Virus record (IMG/VR): IMGVR_UViG_3300037467_000973
Coordinates: 1-28,811 of that record
Strand: one strand, 5' to 3'
Source: a virus
Taxonomy: Duplodnaviria > Caudoviricetes
DNA: 28,811 nt
A program made the translations under genes and the position numbers. This document shows, piece after piece, positions 7,425 to 15,737 of this stretch (its first letter is position 1; every line of letters begins with the position of its first letter). The notes under the pieces were generated by a model. The model was not told the origin of the DNA. It was given only the letters and a program-made list of their open reading frames with translations, and made no database searches.

Positions 7425-7895
7425 ATGGGAAAGCGTCCTGACCGGATTGAGCTAACTGATCGCTTCTGGAGCAAGATCGTTAAGGTTCCGGGTGGGTGTT
7501 GGAATTGGGTCGGACGCCGCAACCAAGCTGGCTATGGTGTTTTCGACCAAAAAGTCGGCGGAACGTGCTTCACGTATCGGGCACACAGGCTTACCTATGA
7601 TGCGCTGGTTCGACCTCTTGGCGACCTCCACATCGACCACCTCTGCCGCAATCGAGCCTGCTGCAATCCAGCACACCTAGAGGCGGTAACGAACGCCGAA
7701 AACACGAGGCGCGGCCTAGCCGGTTGGCATAACAAGGTGAAGGCACTGGCGATCACAGAATGTGCTAGCGGCCACCCCTACACGCAGGAAAATACATACA
7801 TCCATCCCGCTCGCGGAACGCGGGACTGTCTCACCTGTAGGCGAGCCGCTGCGGCCCGTTACCGTGCGAAGAAGATGGAGGCGCTTTGTGGCTAA
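7425..7895 (+). CDS. HNH endonuclease with C-terminal Zn module
   Basis: RFWSKI...CWNW...AHR...IDHLCRNRACCNPAHLEAVTNAEN; CASGH...RDCLTC. Confidence 0.92.
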   Translation: MGKRPDRIELTDRFWSKIVKVPGGCWNWVGRRNQAGYGVFDQKVGGTCFTYRAHRLTYDALVRPLGDLHIDHLCRNRACCNPAHLEAVTNAENTRRGLAGWHNKVKALAITECASGHPYTQENTYIHPARGTRDCLTCRRAAAARYRAKKMEALCG

Positions 7896-8541
7896 ACGCG
7901 GCAGGCCGAGAAAATCAGGCGCGCGGGATGCGAACGACCGCCTATTGCGGAACGTCGAACCGTGTGAACGGGTCCAGCAACGGAGAGAGCTCTATGCGTG
8001 GCTTGTCCCGACAAAAGGCCCGGAAGGCCGCGGCGGATCGATCGACCAGGACGTGTGTGACGGCATTGGTCAACTTCATGCGCTTGGATTGCTGGATGGA
8101 CATGGATTCGAGGCTCAGGACTTGCGCGACAAGGGACGCGAATGGCGCGACCATTATTGCAAGCTCCTGAGGGGACACGGGTTTAAAACTGGCTCCTATG
8201 AGCGGATGGACAAATCGCGCGGTGAAGCGACTTACACCACGCGGGACGAACGGTTCGACCGCGTTGACGCGGAATTGCGTGGGTTGGAGCGCAGCGCCCT
8301 GCTGAGCCTCTTGGTAGATCCCGTGGTTGGGAGTCGTCCAGATGGTCGCGATGATGCACCGTGGGTCAATTCTCACATCGCCTACGCCTTGCTCGAGAAG
8401 AAGAAGCTGATTCCAGCTTACATGCAGCCGGTGAGATTTCCCGACGCCAACGATCACGATCTGCTTAAGGCGGCGGTGCGCGGGCTCTGCATCCTCGTGG
8501 ACGGATCTTTGCCAGTTCGTTTTGAGCGAAGAGCCGCATAG
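7888..8541 (+). CDS. Putative late-gene regulator (Q position), N-terminal AT-hook-like KRGRPRK
   Basis: SD GGAGG then GTG 7888; last intact gene before late promoter and terminator; function inferred from position. Confidence 0.6.
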   Translation: MAKRGRPRKSGARDANDRLLRNVEPCERVQQRRELYAWLVPTKGPEGRGGSIDQDVCDGIGQLHALGLLDGHGFEAQDLRDKGREWRDHYCKLLRGHGFKTGSYERMDKSRGEATYTTRDERFDRVDAELRGLERSALLSLLVDPVVGSRPDGRDDAPWVNSHIAYALLEKKKLIPAYMQPVRFPDANDHDLLKAAVRGLCILVDGSLPVRFERRAA

Positions 8542-8861
8542 GTTTTTCTTGCTTTTCTGCCACTTTTTAGTAGAACAAAGCATGACCATGACCCTTGAGC
8601 CAGATGTGGTTGATCGCTTCTGGGCAAAAGTCGATAAGCGCGGGCCAGAAGATTGCTGGGAATGGCAAGCCTGCACCGATCAGTTCGGATACGGACAGTT
8701 CCGTATCAGCCGCCCACGGCGCGCCATGGTGCGCTCGCACCGCATGACCTGGCATGTGGCGAACAACGCCGAAATACCTGACGGCTGCGCAAGAAAAGGC
8801 TGGAACAATCAGCGCCAGTCAAGAGTTCCGCATCCGTTCACGATGCGAACTAAAAAAGTTC

Positions 8862-8890
8862 TTGACTTTCGACGCCGTTCCCGCTACCAT
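8862..8890 (+). promoter_or_regulatory. Late promoter (pR'-like)
   Basis: TTGACT-17-TACCAT with upstream A tract. Confidence 0.75.
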
Positions 8891-8945
8891 AATGGAAAGC
8901 TCAGAACTGCGTCTGAAGCGGACAACTCGACAGTAGGACGCTCCC

Positions 8946-8979
8946 GGCGGGTTGAGGCTCAGGCTTCCCCGCCCTTTTT
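8946..8979 (+). terminator. Intrinsic leader terminator (tR'-like)
   Basis: GGCGGG.GAGGC-TCAG-GCTTC.CCCGCC hairpin followed by CTTTTT, about 50-80 nt after the promoter. Confidence 0.7.
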
Positions 8980-9110
8980 GTATCATCTCAGCGCTGGAAA
9001 CCGAGACACCTAGGCGCTGCCCGCCGGCCACCACCCAAACACCTATCGGAAGCGCAGTGTCGCACAGTGAGGCGATGGTGCGCCGGCGGATTTCATCCCA
9101 GGAGGACATC

Positions 9111-9407
9111 ATGCCTCCACGTTCACGAGCTCGCAAAGCCGCAATCATCGGGAGTAAGCCGGTGTCTGAAATCGCGTCCGAGATCGCAAGTGCGCTTCAG
9201 GACGTAGCGGCAGCGCTTTGCTACGAAGCCGCCACTCGATATGTCGGGACCGCTGGCGAACAGAGACAGATCGCAGCGACCATGTTCCACACCGCGCAGA
9301 AGCGGTTCGGCGGCGTCAAGTATGACGGCCAGCGGATAGAGGAAATGGATATCCGGCAGCTCGACCAATTGTGGAACAAGCTGATCCAGGGTCGCGGCAA
9401 GAGGTGA
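9111..9407 (+). CDS. Hypothetical protein, first late gene
   Basis: SD AGGAGG then ATG 9111. Confidence 0.75.
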   Translation: MPPRSRARKAAIIGSKPVSEIASEIASALQDVAAALCYEAATRYVGTAGEQRQIAATMFHTAQKRFGGVKYDGQRIEEMDIRQLDQLWNKLIQGRGKR

Positions 9408-9571
9408 TCTGGTTCTCACCGCCCGTCAAATACCGGGCATGGTGGGACACCGAGCTAAGTCGCAAGTGGAACGTAACCGAGACGATCGGCCGACTGTGGG
9501 CGAGGCACTTACCACCTCTGCCGCATCCGATGCACGCCAATGACGAAACCCGTGACCACTGCCGCTGGTAG
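9404..9571 (+). CDS. Hypothetical protein
   Basis: SD GAGG and GTGA coupling; MIWFSPPVKYRAWW... Confidence 0.5.
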   Translation: MIWFSPPVKYRAWWDTELSRKWNVTETIGRLWARHLPPLPHPMHANDETRDHCRW

Positions 9572-9680
9572 GATAGCCATCAAGGCTGCCGAGCTCGTTG
9601 CTGCATCGATGCTCGTATCTGCCGGCGTGGTTGCATTCGAGTGCATCTCGATCTGGCTGGCTACTCGTGACCGAAACTGA
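9552..9680 (+). CDS. Small putative membrane protein (42 aa)
   Basis: Hand translation MTTAAGRIAIKAAELVAASMLVSAGVVAFECISIWLATRDRN. Confidence 0.35.
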   Translation: MTTAAGRIAIKAAELVAASMLVSAGVVAFECISIWLATRDRN

Positions 9681-9728
9681 GCTGGCAACAGCATGTGAGC
9701 GTATCGCGAAACTCATCTGCGAGGTATC

Positions 9729-10091
9729 ATGGCACGCAAGGCTAAAGCGGCTGTTCTCGGCTCCGATCTTCTGGGCACGGACGCCAACGACACGTTCATC
9801 CTCCACGGCGACGGTTTCAGGACCATCTCCGGTTTCGACCCCGCGCACGATCGGGTGATGTTCGACGTGAACCACAGTTATTCGGACATTCTCTATCTCG
9901 GCCAGCTGAGCGATGGCCTGGAGTTCGACACGTTCTCCGGCGCCCATCTGTCGGTTCATGCCGGCGACTACAACGGCGACGGGATCATGGACACGCAAGT
10001 GAGTCTGTCGGGGATCGACGGGACCGCGACTGCGATCCTGCTGAGCGTTGATCCGGACAGCCTGTATGGCTGGAATCTCGCGGGCGGTTAA
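9729..10091 (+). CDS. Acidic beta-rich protein resembling RTX/serralysin C-terminal domain
   Basis: SD GAGGT; GTDANDTFIL...TISGFDPAHDRV; DYNGDG Ca-binding-like loop. Confidence 0.65.
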   Translation: MARKAKAAVLGSDLLGTDANDTFILHGDGFRTISGFDPAHDRVMFDVNHSYSDILYLGQLSDGLEFDTFSGAHLSVHAGDYNGDGIMDTQVSLSGIDGTATAILLSVDPDSLYGWNLAGG

Positions 10092-10453
10092 TGCTTGGCT
10101 TCTCGCCGATCGCGGCACAGCCGATCAGCGGAAGCCCTTTCAGCCTAATCCGTATCACTGCGTCGCTTTCCGCGAGTATCCCGCTGGGTTTCAGCCTCAG
10201 TGGGCGAATGGGCGCGTTCACCCCAGTCAGTGCGGGCATTGGAGTATCATTTAGTCTTGGCCCGACGCTGTGGGTTAACCAGGCACTTCAGGCGCAAGTG
10301 CCGTTTGCGTTCACGCTGTCACCGCTGCTCAGGAACGCGGGCAAGCCGATTGTCCTGCGCGCAGTCCCGCAAGCCTATTACGCACGCTCGCCGCTTGAGC
10401 GGTTCACCGCCAAAGCCCTGCCATCACGATACACGACGCGAGGAGCGAAATGA
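10091..10453 (+). CDS. Putative virion accessory protein
   Basis: MLGFSPIAAQPIS N-terminus recalls phage tail-associated proteins; TAATG coupling. Confidence 0.6.
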   Translation: MLGFSPIAAQPISGSPFSLIRITASLSASIPLGFSLSGRMGAFTPVSAGIGVSFSLGPTLWVNQALQAQVPFAFTLSPLLRNAGKPIVLRAVPQAYYARSPLERFTAKALPSRYTTRGAK

Positions 10454-10884
10454 GCGTTACGACCTCCTTTGCGAACCAGTTGCTGGCCCTCATCCTCGAA
10501 GGGACGACGATCCCCAGCATCGCGGACAACGCGGCATCCTCGCCGGCGACCAATCTCTACATCAGCCTGCATACGGCAGATCCCGGAGCGTCGGGCAACC
10601 AGGCGACCAGCGAAACGGCCTATACGGGCTACGCAAGGGTGGCGGTGTCACGCAGCTCAAGCGGATGGACTGCGGCTTCGGGCGACAGCGACAACGACGC
10701 GGACATCACGTTCGGCCAATGCACGGCCAGCCCAGGCTCGGACCTCACGCATGTCGGTATTGGCCTGTCATCGACCGGCAACGGGACTTTGCTGTTCTAC
10801 GGGCCGCTGACTTCCTCGATCACGATGCAGAACGGCACCACGCCGATCTTCTCGGCCGACAACCTCGACGTGATATGCAGCTAA
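10450..10884 (+). CDS. Virion structural / minor tail-fibre-type protein
   Basis: LYISLHTADPG...ETAYTGYARVAV...ITFGQCT...THVGIG...GTLLFYG pattern. Confidence 0.78.
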   Translation: MSVTTSFANQLLALILEGTTIPSIADNAASSPATNLYISLHTADPGASGNQATSETAYTGYARVAVSRSSSGWTAASGDSDNDADITFGQCTASPGSDLTHVGIGLSSTGNGTLLFYGPLTSSITMQNGTTPIFSADNLDVICS

Positions 10885-11177
10885 AGCCCGACGAGCTTCC
10901 CGACATGGTGGAAGATGAGATCCGCAGGGTTACCCTCAATCTCGCGGGCGCCGTTGGGGTGAACACGATCGACGATTGCGAAGTGACCTGTGACACGCTG
11001 ACCATCGGAACGCCGTCGATCAGCGGAACCTCGATCAGCTTCAACGTCACCGCGACAAACCCAGGAACGCATTACATCCTCGCCTCAGCCGACCTGAGCT
11101 CGCAGGAAACCGTCAAGGGATACATTCGGGCAAAGGTTGCCGGACAGCCTTGCACACAGACACGCGACTATGAATGA
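10875..11177 (+). CDS. Putative fibre-adaptor-like beta-sandwich virion protein
   Basis: ATG 10875 (3' part of ORF-track 10200..11177); beta-rich, 100 aa. Confidence 0.6.
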   Translation: MQLKPDELPDMVEDEIRRVTLNLAGAVGVNTIDDCEVTCDTLTIGTPSISGTSISFNVTATNPGTHYILASADLSSQETVKGYIRAKVAGQPCTQTRDYE

Positions 11178-11566
11178 TGGGCAGGCCCTCGCTTTACGAC
11201 CCCTCATATTGTGAGAGGGTCATCGAACTCGGCAAACAGGGAATGTCCGTTGTCGAGATGGCGTGCGAAATCGGGGTTAGCCGAAACACGCTAGAGACCA
11301 ATTGGCCTGCTGAGCATCCAGAGTTTCTGGAAGCCTTCGTGCGCGCGAAGGATGAATCGCAGGCGTGGTGGGAAAAGGCCGGTCGTGTCGGAATGGCCGG
11401 CAAGAACATCGACGCCGCGATCTGGTCGAGATCAATGGCGGCTCGGTTCCCGAACGACTGGCGCGAGACGAAGCGCAACGAGCACAGCGGCCCTGACGGC
11501 TCGCCGATCGCCACAACGCAGAGGATCGAGCGTGTCATCATCGACCCTGCAAATCCAGACGGCTAG
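11174..11566 (+). CDS. terS: Terminase small subunit
   Basis: MGRPSLYDPSYCERVIELG HTH, HPEFLEA, EHSGPDGSPI; directly upstream of TerL. Confidence 0.9.
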   Translation: MMGRPSLYDPSYCERVIELGKQGMSVVEMACEIGVSRNTLETNWPAEHPEFLEAFVRAKDESQAWWEKAGRVGMAGKNIDAAIWSRSMAARFPNDWRETKRNEHSGPDGSPIATTQRIERVIIDPANPDG

Positions 11567-12794
11567 GGCGTTCTTACCGCTATTAAGGCCGGCTCGATAC
11601 AAGGGCGCTCATGGCGGCCGCGGCTCGGGCAAGTCGCATTTCTTCGCCGAGATGCTGGTCGAGCGAGCACTGATGCAGCCTGGATTGCGGGCAGCGTGCC
11701 TTCGTGAGATCCAGAAGAGCCTGAAGAACTCGGTCAAGCTGCTGGTCGAGGACAAGATCAAGTCGCTCGGAGTCGGCGGCTTCGAGATACTGGAAAGCGA
11801 AATCAAGACGCCCGGTGGCGGCGTCATCATCTTTCAGGGGATGCAGAACCACACGGCCGACTCGATCAAGTCGCTGGAAGGGTTTGACATTGCCTGGGTG
11901 GAAGAAGCGCAGTCGCTAAGCCAGCGTTCGCTGGACTTGCTCAGGCCGACCATTCGCAAGGCCGGTTCGGAGCTGTGGTTCAGCTGGAACCCGAACAAGC
12001 CGACCGATCCCGTGGATTCGCTGTTGAGGGGGGAATCGCCACCGGCTGACGCTGTAGTGGTCGAGGTGAACTGGTCTGACAATCCGTGGTTGCCCGACGA
12101 ACTGAGGGCGGACCTGGAAGACGACCGGAAACGTGATCCGGACAAGTTCCTTCACGTCTGGGGCGGGCATTACAGCCTCAACAGCGAAGCGCGGGTATTT
12201 CGCAACTGGAGGGTCGCAGAGTTTGAGTCACCTGATGACGCGGTCCACAGATTTGGCGCCGACTGGGGTTTTGCGATCGACCCCACGGTTCTCGTTCGAT
12301 GCCACATCGACGGGCGCAACCTATACGTTGATCAGGAAAGCTGGGCGGTTGGATGCGACATTGATCGCCTACCCGACCTATTTGACCGAATACCGGGCTG
12401 CCGCAAATGGCTTATACGCGCTGACAGCGCCCGCCCTGAAACAGTAAGCTACATGCGTCGGCAGGGCTTCCGCATCACTGCGGCCCTGAAGGGCAAAGGC
12501 TCATTGGAAGACGGCGTCGAGTTCTTGCGCGCCTTCGATATCGTGGTTCATCCCCGGTGCAAGAAGGTGATCGAGGAACTGACGCTCTACGCTTACAAGA
12601 TCGACGAGCACACCGGTGAAATCCTGCCGCTGCTCGAAGACAAAAACAACCACACGATCGACGCGCTACGCTACGCTTTGGAAGAGCTGAGGCGCACTGG
12701 ATACAAGCCCGCGCCGGTTCCCGTGAAGGTGCGCCGCGACGGCTACTGGCCCAAGGAACTGATGGAGGACGGTGAATCGTGGAAGACCGCGTGA
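11532..12794 (+). CDS. terL: Terminase large subunit, PBSX family
   Basis: GGRGSGKS Walker A, AWVEEAQ Walker B, SWNP, GADWGF, ADSARPE, NHTIDALRYA; GTG 11532 with GAGG SD. Confidence 0.96.
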   Translation: MSSSTLQIQTARAFLPLLRPARYKGAHGGRGSGKSHFFAEMLVERALMQPGLRAACLREIQKSLKNSVKLLVEDKIKSLGVGGFEILESEIKTPGGGVIIFQGMQNHTADSIKSLEGFDIAWVEEAQSLSQRSLDLLRPTIRKAGSELWFSWNPNKPTDPVDSLLRGESPPADAVVVEVNWSDNPWLPDELRADLEDDRKRDPDKFLHVWGGHYSLNSEARVFRNWRVAEFESPDDAVHRFGADWGFAIDPTVLVRCHIDGRNLYVDQESWAVGCDIDRLPDLFDRIPGCRKWLIRADSARPETVSYMRRQGFRITAALKGKGSLEDGVEFLRAFDIVVHPRCKKVIEELTLYAYKIDEHTGEILPLLEDKNNHTIDALRYALEELRRTGYKPAPVPVKVRRDGYWPKELMEDGESWKTA

Positions 12795-14704
12795 CTTCGT
12801 CCCTCACCATGCTCGTCCAGTGGTTCGAGAGCGCCGAAGAGGCGTCGCAGAACGGGCGTAAGGAGTCGGAGCAGGCGCGCGATTATTACGACGGCAAGCA
12901 ACTGACGGCGGAAGAGCGCAAGATCCTGCGCAAGCGTCGGCAGCCGGAAGTCGTCATCAACCGCATCAAGCGCAAGATCGACTTCCTGCGCGGGCTGGAA
13001 CGTCAATCGCGCACCGATCCGATCGCTTATCCGAGGACCGCGGTTCACGAGGAGGAGTCCGAAGCCGCCACCGATGCCTTGCGGTTCGTCGCGCAGGACC
13101 AGCTGTTCGACATGAAGCGCTCGGCGGTATGGGACAACATGCTCGTCGAGGGCATGGGCGGCGTTGAGGTCGGTGTCACCCAGGGGCGCGACGGCATCGA
13201 CGTGAAGATCACGCGCCTGCCGTGGGACCGCTGCTTTGCCGACCCGCATTCGTCCGAGCCGGACTTCTCCGATGCGCGCTACCTTGGTTACGTGACCTGG
13301 ATGGACGTATCCGAGGCCAAGGCGATGTGGCCGGACAAGGTGCAGCTCATCGAAAGCACGATGAACCACCCGGTCTCATCGAATGCCGACACTTACGACG
13401 ACAAGCCGCGCTGGGCGCTGTGGGGCGACGACAAGCGCAAGCGCATCCGTATCGTGACCATGTGTTACCGGGTTGCCGGCGTGTGGCAGGGCTGCGTGAT
13501 GACGCTCTCCGGCTTTCTTGAGGAGCCGCAGCCGAGCCCGTTCCTTGACGAAGACGGCAAGCCTGAGTGCCCGATCGTGTTCCAGTCGGCTTATGTCGAT
13601 CGGGACAACGACCGCTATGGCGTCGTGCGCGACATGATCAGCCCGCAGGACGAAGTGAACAAGCGCCGCTCCAAGGCGCTGCATCTGCTGACCATGCGGC
13701 AGTCTCGCGTGTCGGCCGCCGCAACGAGCGATCCGGAGAAGATCAGGGCGGAGCTCGCCAAGCCTGATGGTGTAATCATCGGCGAGGACGGCGAGTTCGA
13801 GATTCTGCCCAACAACGACCAGGTAGCCGGACACTTCCAGCTAATGCAGGAAGCCAAGTCCGAGATCGACATGCTCGGCCCCAATGCGACGCTCCAGGGC
13901 AAGTCAGGACAGGATCAGTCGGGCCGGGCGATCATGGCCCTGCAACAGGGCGGCATGGTCGAGCTCGCGCCGCTTTTGGACCAGCTCCACCAGTTCAACA
14001 TCCGCGTATTCCGTCAGGTATGGAACCGCATCCGCCAATATTGGACGACCGAGCGCTGGGTGCGCGTCACAGATGACGAAAAGGGCGTTACCTTTGTTGG
14101 CCTGAACACCACGCAGGGCGCTCTCGCGGCGCGCAAGGTGGATGCGGCACTGGCGGAAGGAAAGATCGACCGCGCCACAGCCCAGCAATACAAGATGCAG
14201 ATCCAGATGGACCCGGCGATGATGCAGCCGGCCAACAGCGTTGCCGAGCTCGACGTTGACATCGAGATCGAGGAGACGACCGAAACCCCGACCGTCCAGA
14301 TGGAGCAGTTCGAGCAGCTGACCAAGCTTGCCGCCACGGGGTTGGTGCCGATCCCGCCCGAGATCATCCTTCAGGCATCGTCACTCAGGGACAAGAACAA
14401 GCTCCTCGACATGCTCAAGCAGTCGCAGGACTCGCAAGGGCAGATGGGCCAGATGGCGCAGCAGATTCAGCTGGAAGGCGCGCAAGCCAACATCGCCAAG
14501 GTAAAGTCGGAAGCGATCAAGAACATCGCGCAGGCACAGGCTGCTGCGGTCCCCAAGGACGTTCCCGCCGAAGATCCGCACGTGAAGGCCGCGCAGGAAG
14601 CGGTGCGCCTGATGCTCGAAGCCAGAGCGCAGAACACCGACGAATTCAGGGCTGAGACGGAGCGCATGACGGCTACGCAGCCGATGCAGCAACCGCCGGC
14701 CTAA
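12791..14704 (+). CDS. Portal protein (P22-like)
   Basis: DYYDGKQ, VINRIKRKIDFLRG, YGVVRDMISPQDEVNKRRSK; Q-rich C-terminal helix; follows TerL. Confidence 0.93.
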   Translation: MTSSLTMLVQWFESAEEASQNGRKESEQARDYYDGKQLTAEERKILRKRRQPEVVINRIKRKIDFLRGLERQSRTDPIAYPRTAVHEEESEAATDALRFVAQDQLFDMKRSAVWDNMLVEGMGGVEVGVTQGRDGIDVKITRLPWDRCFADPHSSEPDFSDARYLGYVTWMDVSEAKAMWPDKVQLIESTMNHPVSSNADTYDDKPRWALWGDDKRKRIRIVTMCYRVAGVWQGCVMTLSGFLEEPQPSPFLDEDGKPECPIVFQSAYVDRDNDRYGVVRDMISPQDEVNKRRSKALHLLTMRQSRVSAAATSDPEKIRAELAKPDGVIIGEDGEFEILPNNDQVAGHFQLMQEAKSEIDMLGPNATLQGKSGQDQSGRAIMALQQGGMVELAPLLDQLHQFNIRVFRQVWNRIRQYWTTERWVRVTDDEKGVTFVGLNTTQGALAARKVDAALAEGKIDRATAQQYKMQIQMDPAMMQPANSVAELDVDIEIEETTETPTVQMEQFEQLTKLAATGLVPIPPEIILQASSLRDKNKLLDMLKQSQDSQGQMGQMAQQIQLEGAQANIAKVKSEAIKNIAQAQAAAVPKDVPAEDPHVKAAQEAVRLMLEARAQNTDEFRAETERMTATQPMQQPPA

Positions 14705-14724
14705 CAAGGGAAGAACAGAACAAC

Positions 14725-14810
14725 CGGGCGTCCTCGCAAAGGGATGCTCGCCATGCCCGTCGCCGGGGCTTTTCGGGCGTCAACTGGTCGCCGCAGTTCA
14801 ACGGGCGATG
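14725..14810 (+). ncRNA. Candidate cis-regulatory RNA: hairpin plus two tandem pseudoknot-like units
   Basis: Two hairpins with identical loop GTCGCCG, each followed by CGGGCG. Confidence 0.6.
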
Positions 14811-14826
14811 ACGAGGACGACCTAGC

Positions 14827-15654
14827 ATGAGTGGAGACCTGGATAGCGTTCTGAATGGTGAACAGACCCCGGTGCCGGAGATTGAAACTCCAGCAGCGCC
14901 GGAAACCCAACCCGAACCCGTTGCGCAAGCACCGGAGCCGGAGGCGGAGGAGCCGAAAGGCCCTGTCCGCGACGAAAAGGGGCGGTTTGCACCGAAGGGC
15001 GAGAAAGACGAAGGCGCGTCGCCAGCGCCGCAGAGCGAGCCTCCATTAGACCACGCAGCAATCCTCGGGGAGCGACGCCGCAGGCAAGAAGCCGAAGCCC
15101 GCATTCGGGAACTGGAAGCGCAGATTGCGCGACCGGCGCCTCAAGTCACGCAGTCCCAACCTCCGGTTCAGGCTGCACCGTTCGAGTTCAATGAAGACCT
15201 TTACTGGTCCAATCCGCAGCAGTTCCTCGCCACCTTCTCGCAGCACATCCGTCAGGAAGTCATGCGCGAAGTGCCCAATATCGTCACCGCGACGACCCTT
15301 GACCGGGCGGAAGCGGCGGCGAGGGCGCGTTACGAGGATTACGATGGGGCGCGTGATGCGTTCTATCAGGCGGCAGTGGTCAATCCTCAGCTCGCGCAAA
15401 AGGCATTGATCCAGCCCGACCCTGCGGAGTTCGCTTATCAGGAAGGCAAGCGCCTTCTCGAAATGGCGAATTACGGCTCGACGAACGACTATATCGAGGC
15501 GGAAGTAGCCCGACGGCTGGCTGACGCACAGAAGGCCCCAACAGCAGCTCCCGTCATCCCCACGTCCCTCGCGGACGCTCCGGCATCTGGCCCCACAGGC
15601 GAGGCTCCGGCGCGTCCAATGGCGCTCGACGAGATTATCGCTCGCAAGCGCTGA
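14827..15654 (+). CDS. Scaffolding protein
   Basis: Acidic/Pro-rich N-terminus, RDEKGRFA, ERRRRQEAE coiled coil; between portal and capsid. Confidence 0.85.
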   Translation: MSGDLDSVLNGEQTPVPEIETPAAPETQPEPVAQAPEPEAEEPKGPVRDEKGRFAPKGEKDEGASPAPQSEPPLDHAAILGERRRRQEAEARIRELEAQIARPAPQVTQSQPPVQAAPFEFNEDLYWSNPQQFLATFSQHIRQEVMREVPNIVTATTLDRAEAAARARYEDYDGARDAFYQAAVVNPQLAQKALIQPDPAEFAYQEGKRLLEMANYGSTNDYIEAEVARRLADAQKAPTAAPVIPTSLADAPASGPTGEAPARPMALDEIIARKR

Positions 15655-15737
15655 ACCAACCCTGATTCCACGCCGTGAGGCGTCGAGTCCCGCTCTGTTG
15701 AGCAGCCCTCTTCGGAGGGTCGAAGGAAACCTAACCA

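Larger units (their letters stand above)
8582..9013 (+). pseudogene. HNH endonuclease with catalytic core deleted in frame
   Basis: RFWAKVDKRGPEDCWEW...GYGQF...SHR...IPDG joined directly to CARKG; the HxCDNxxCxNPxHL block is missing; 3' part runs through the late promoter. Confidence 0.75.

Noticed and set aside
8980-9110. tRNA or self-cleaving ribozyme in the late leader
   Set aside because: No T-loop/cloverleaf and no hammerhead core (CTGATGA...GAAA) found
10200-10874. 325-aa ORF as a single gene
   Set aside because: The 5' part overlaps two better genes in other frames; only 10875 onward looks coding
14725-14750. Terminator after portal
   Set aside because: Hairpin has no U tract; treated as part of the scaffold leader
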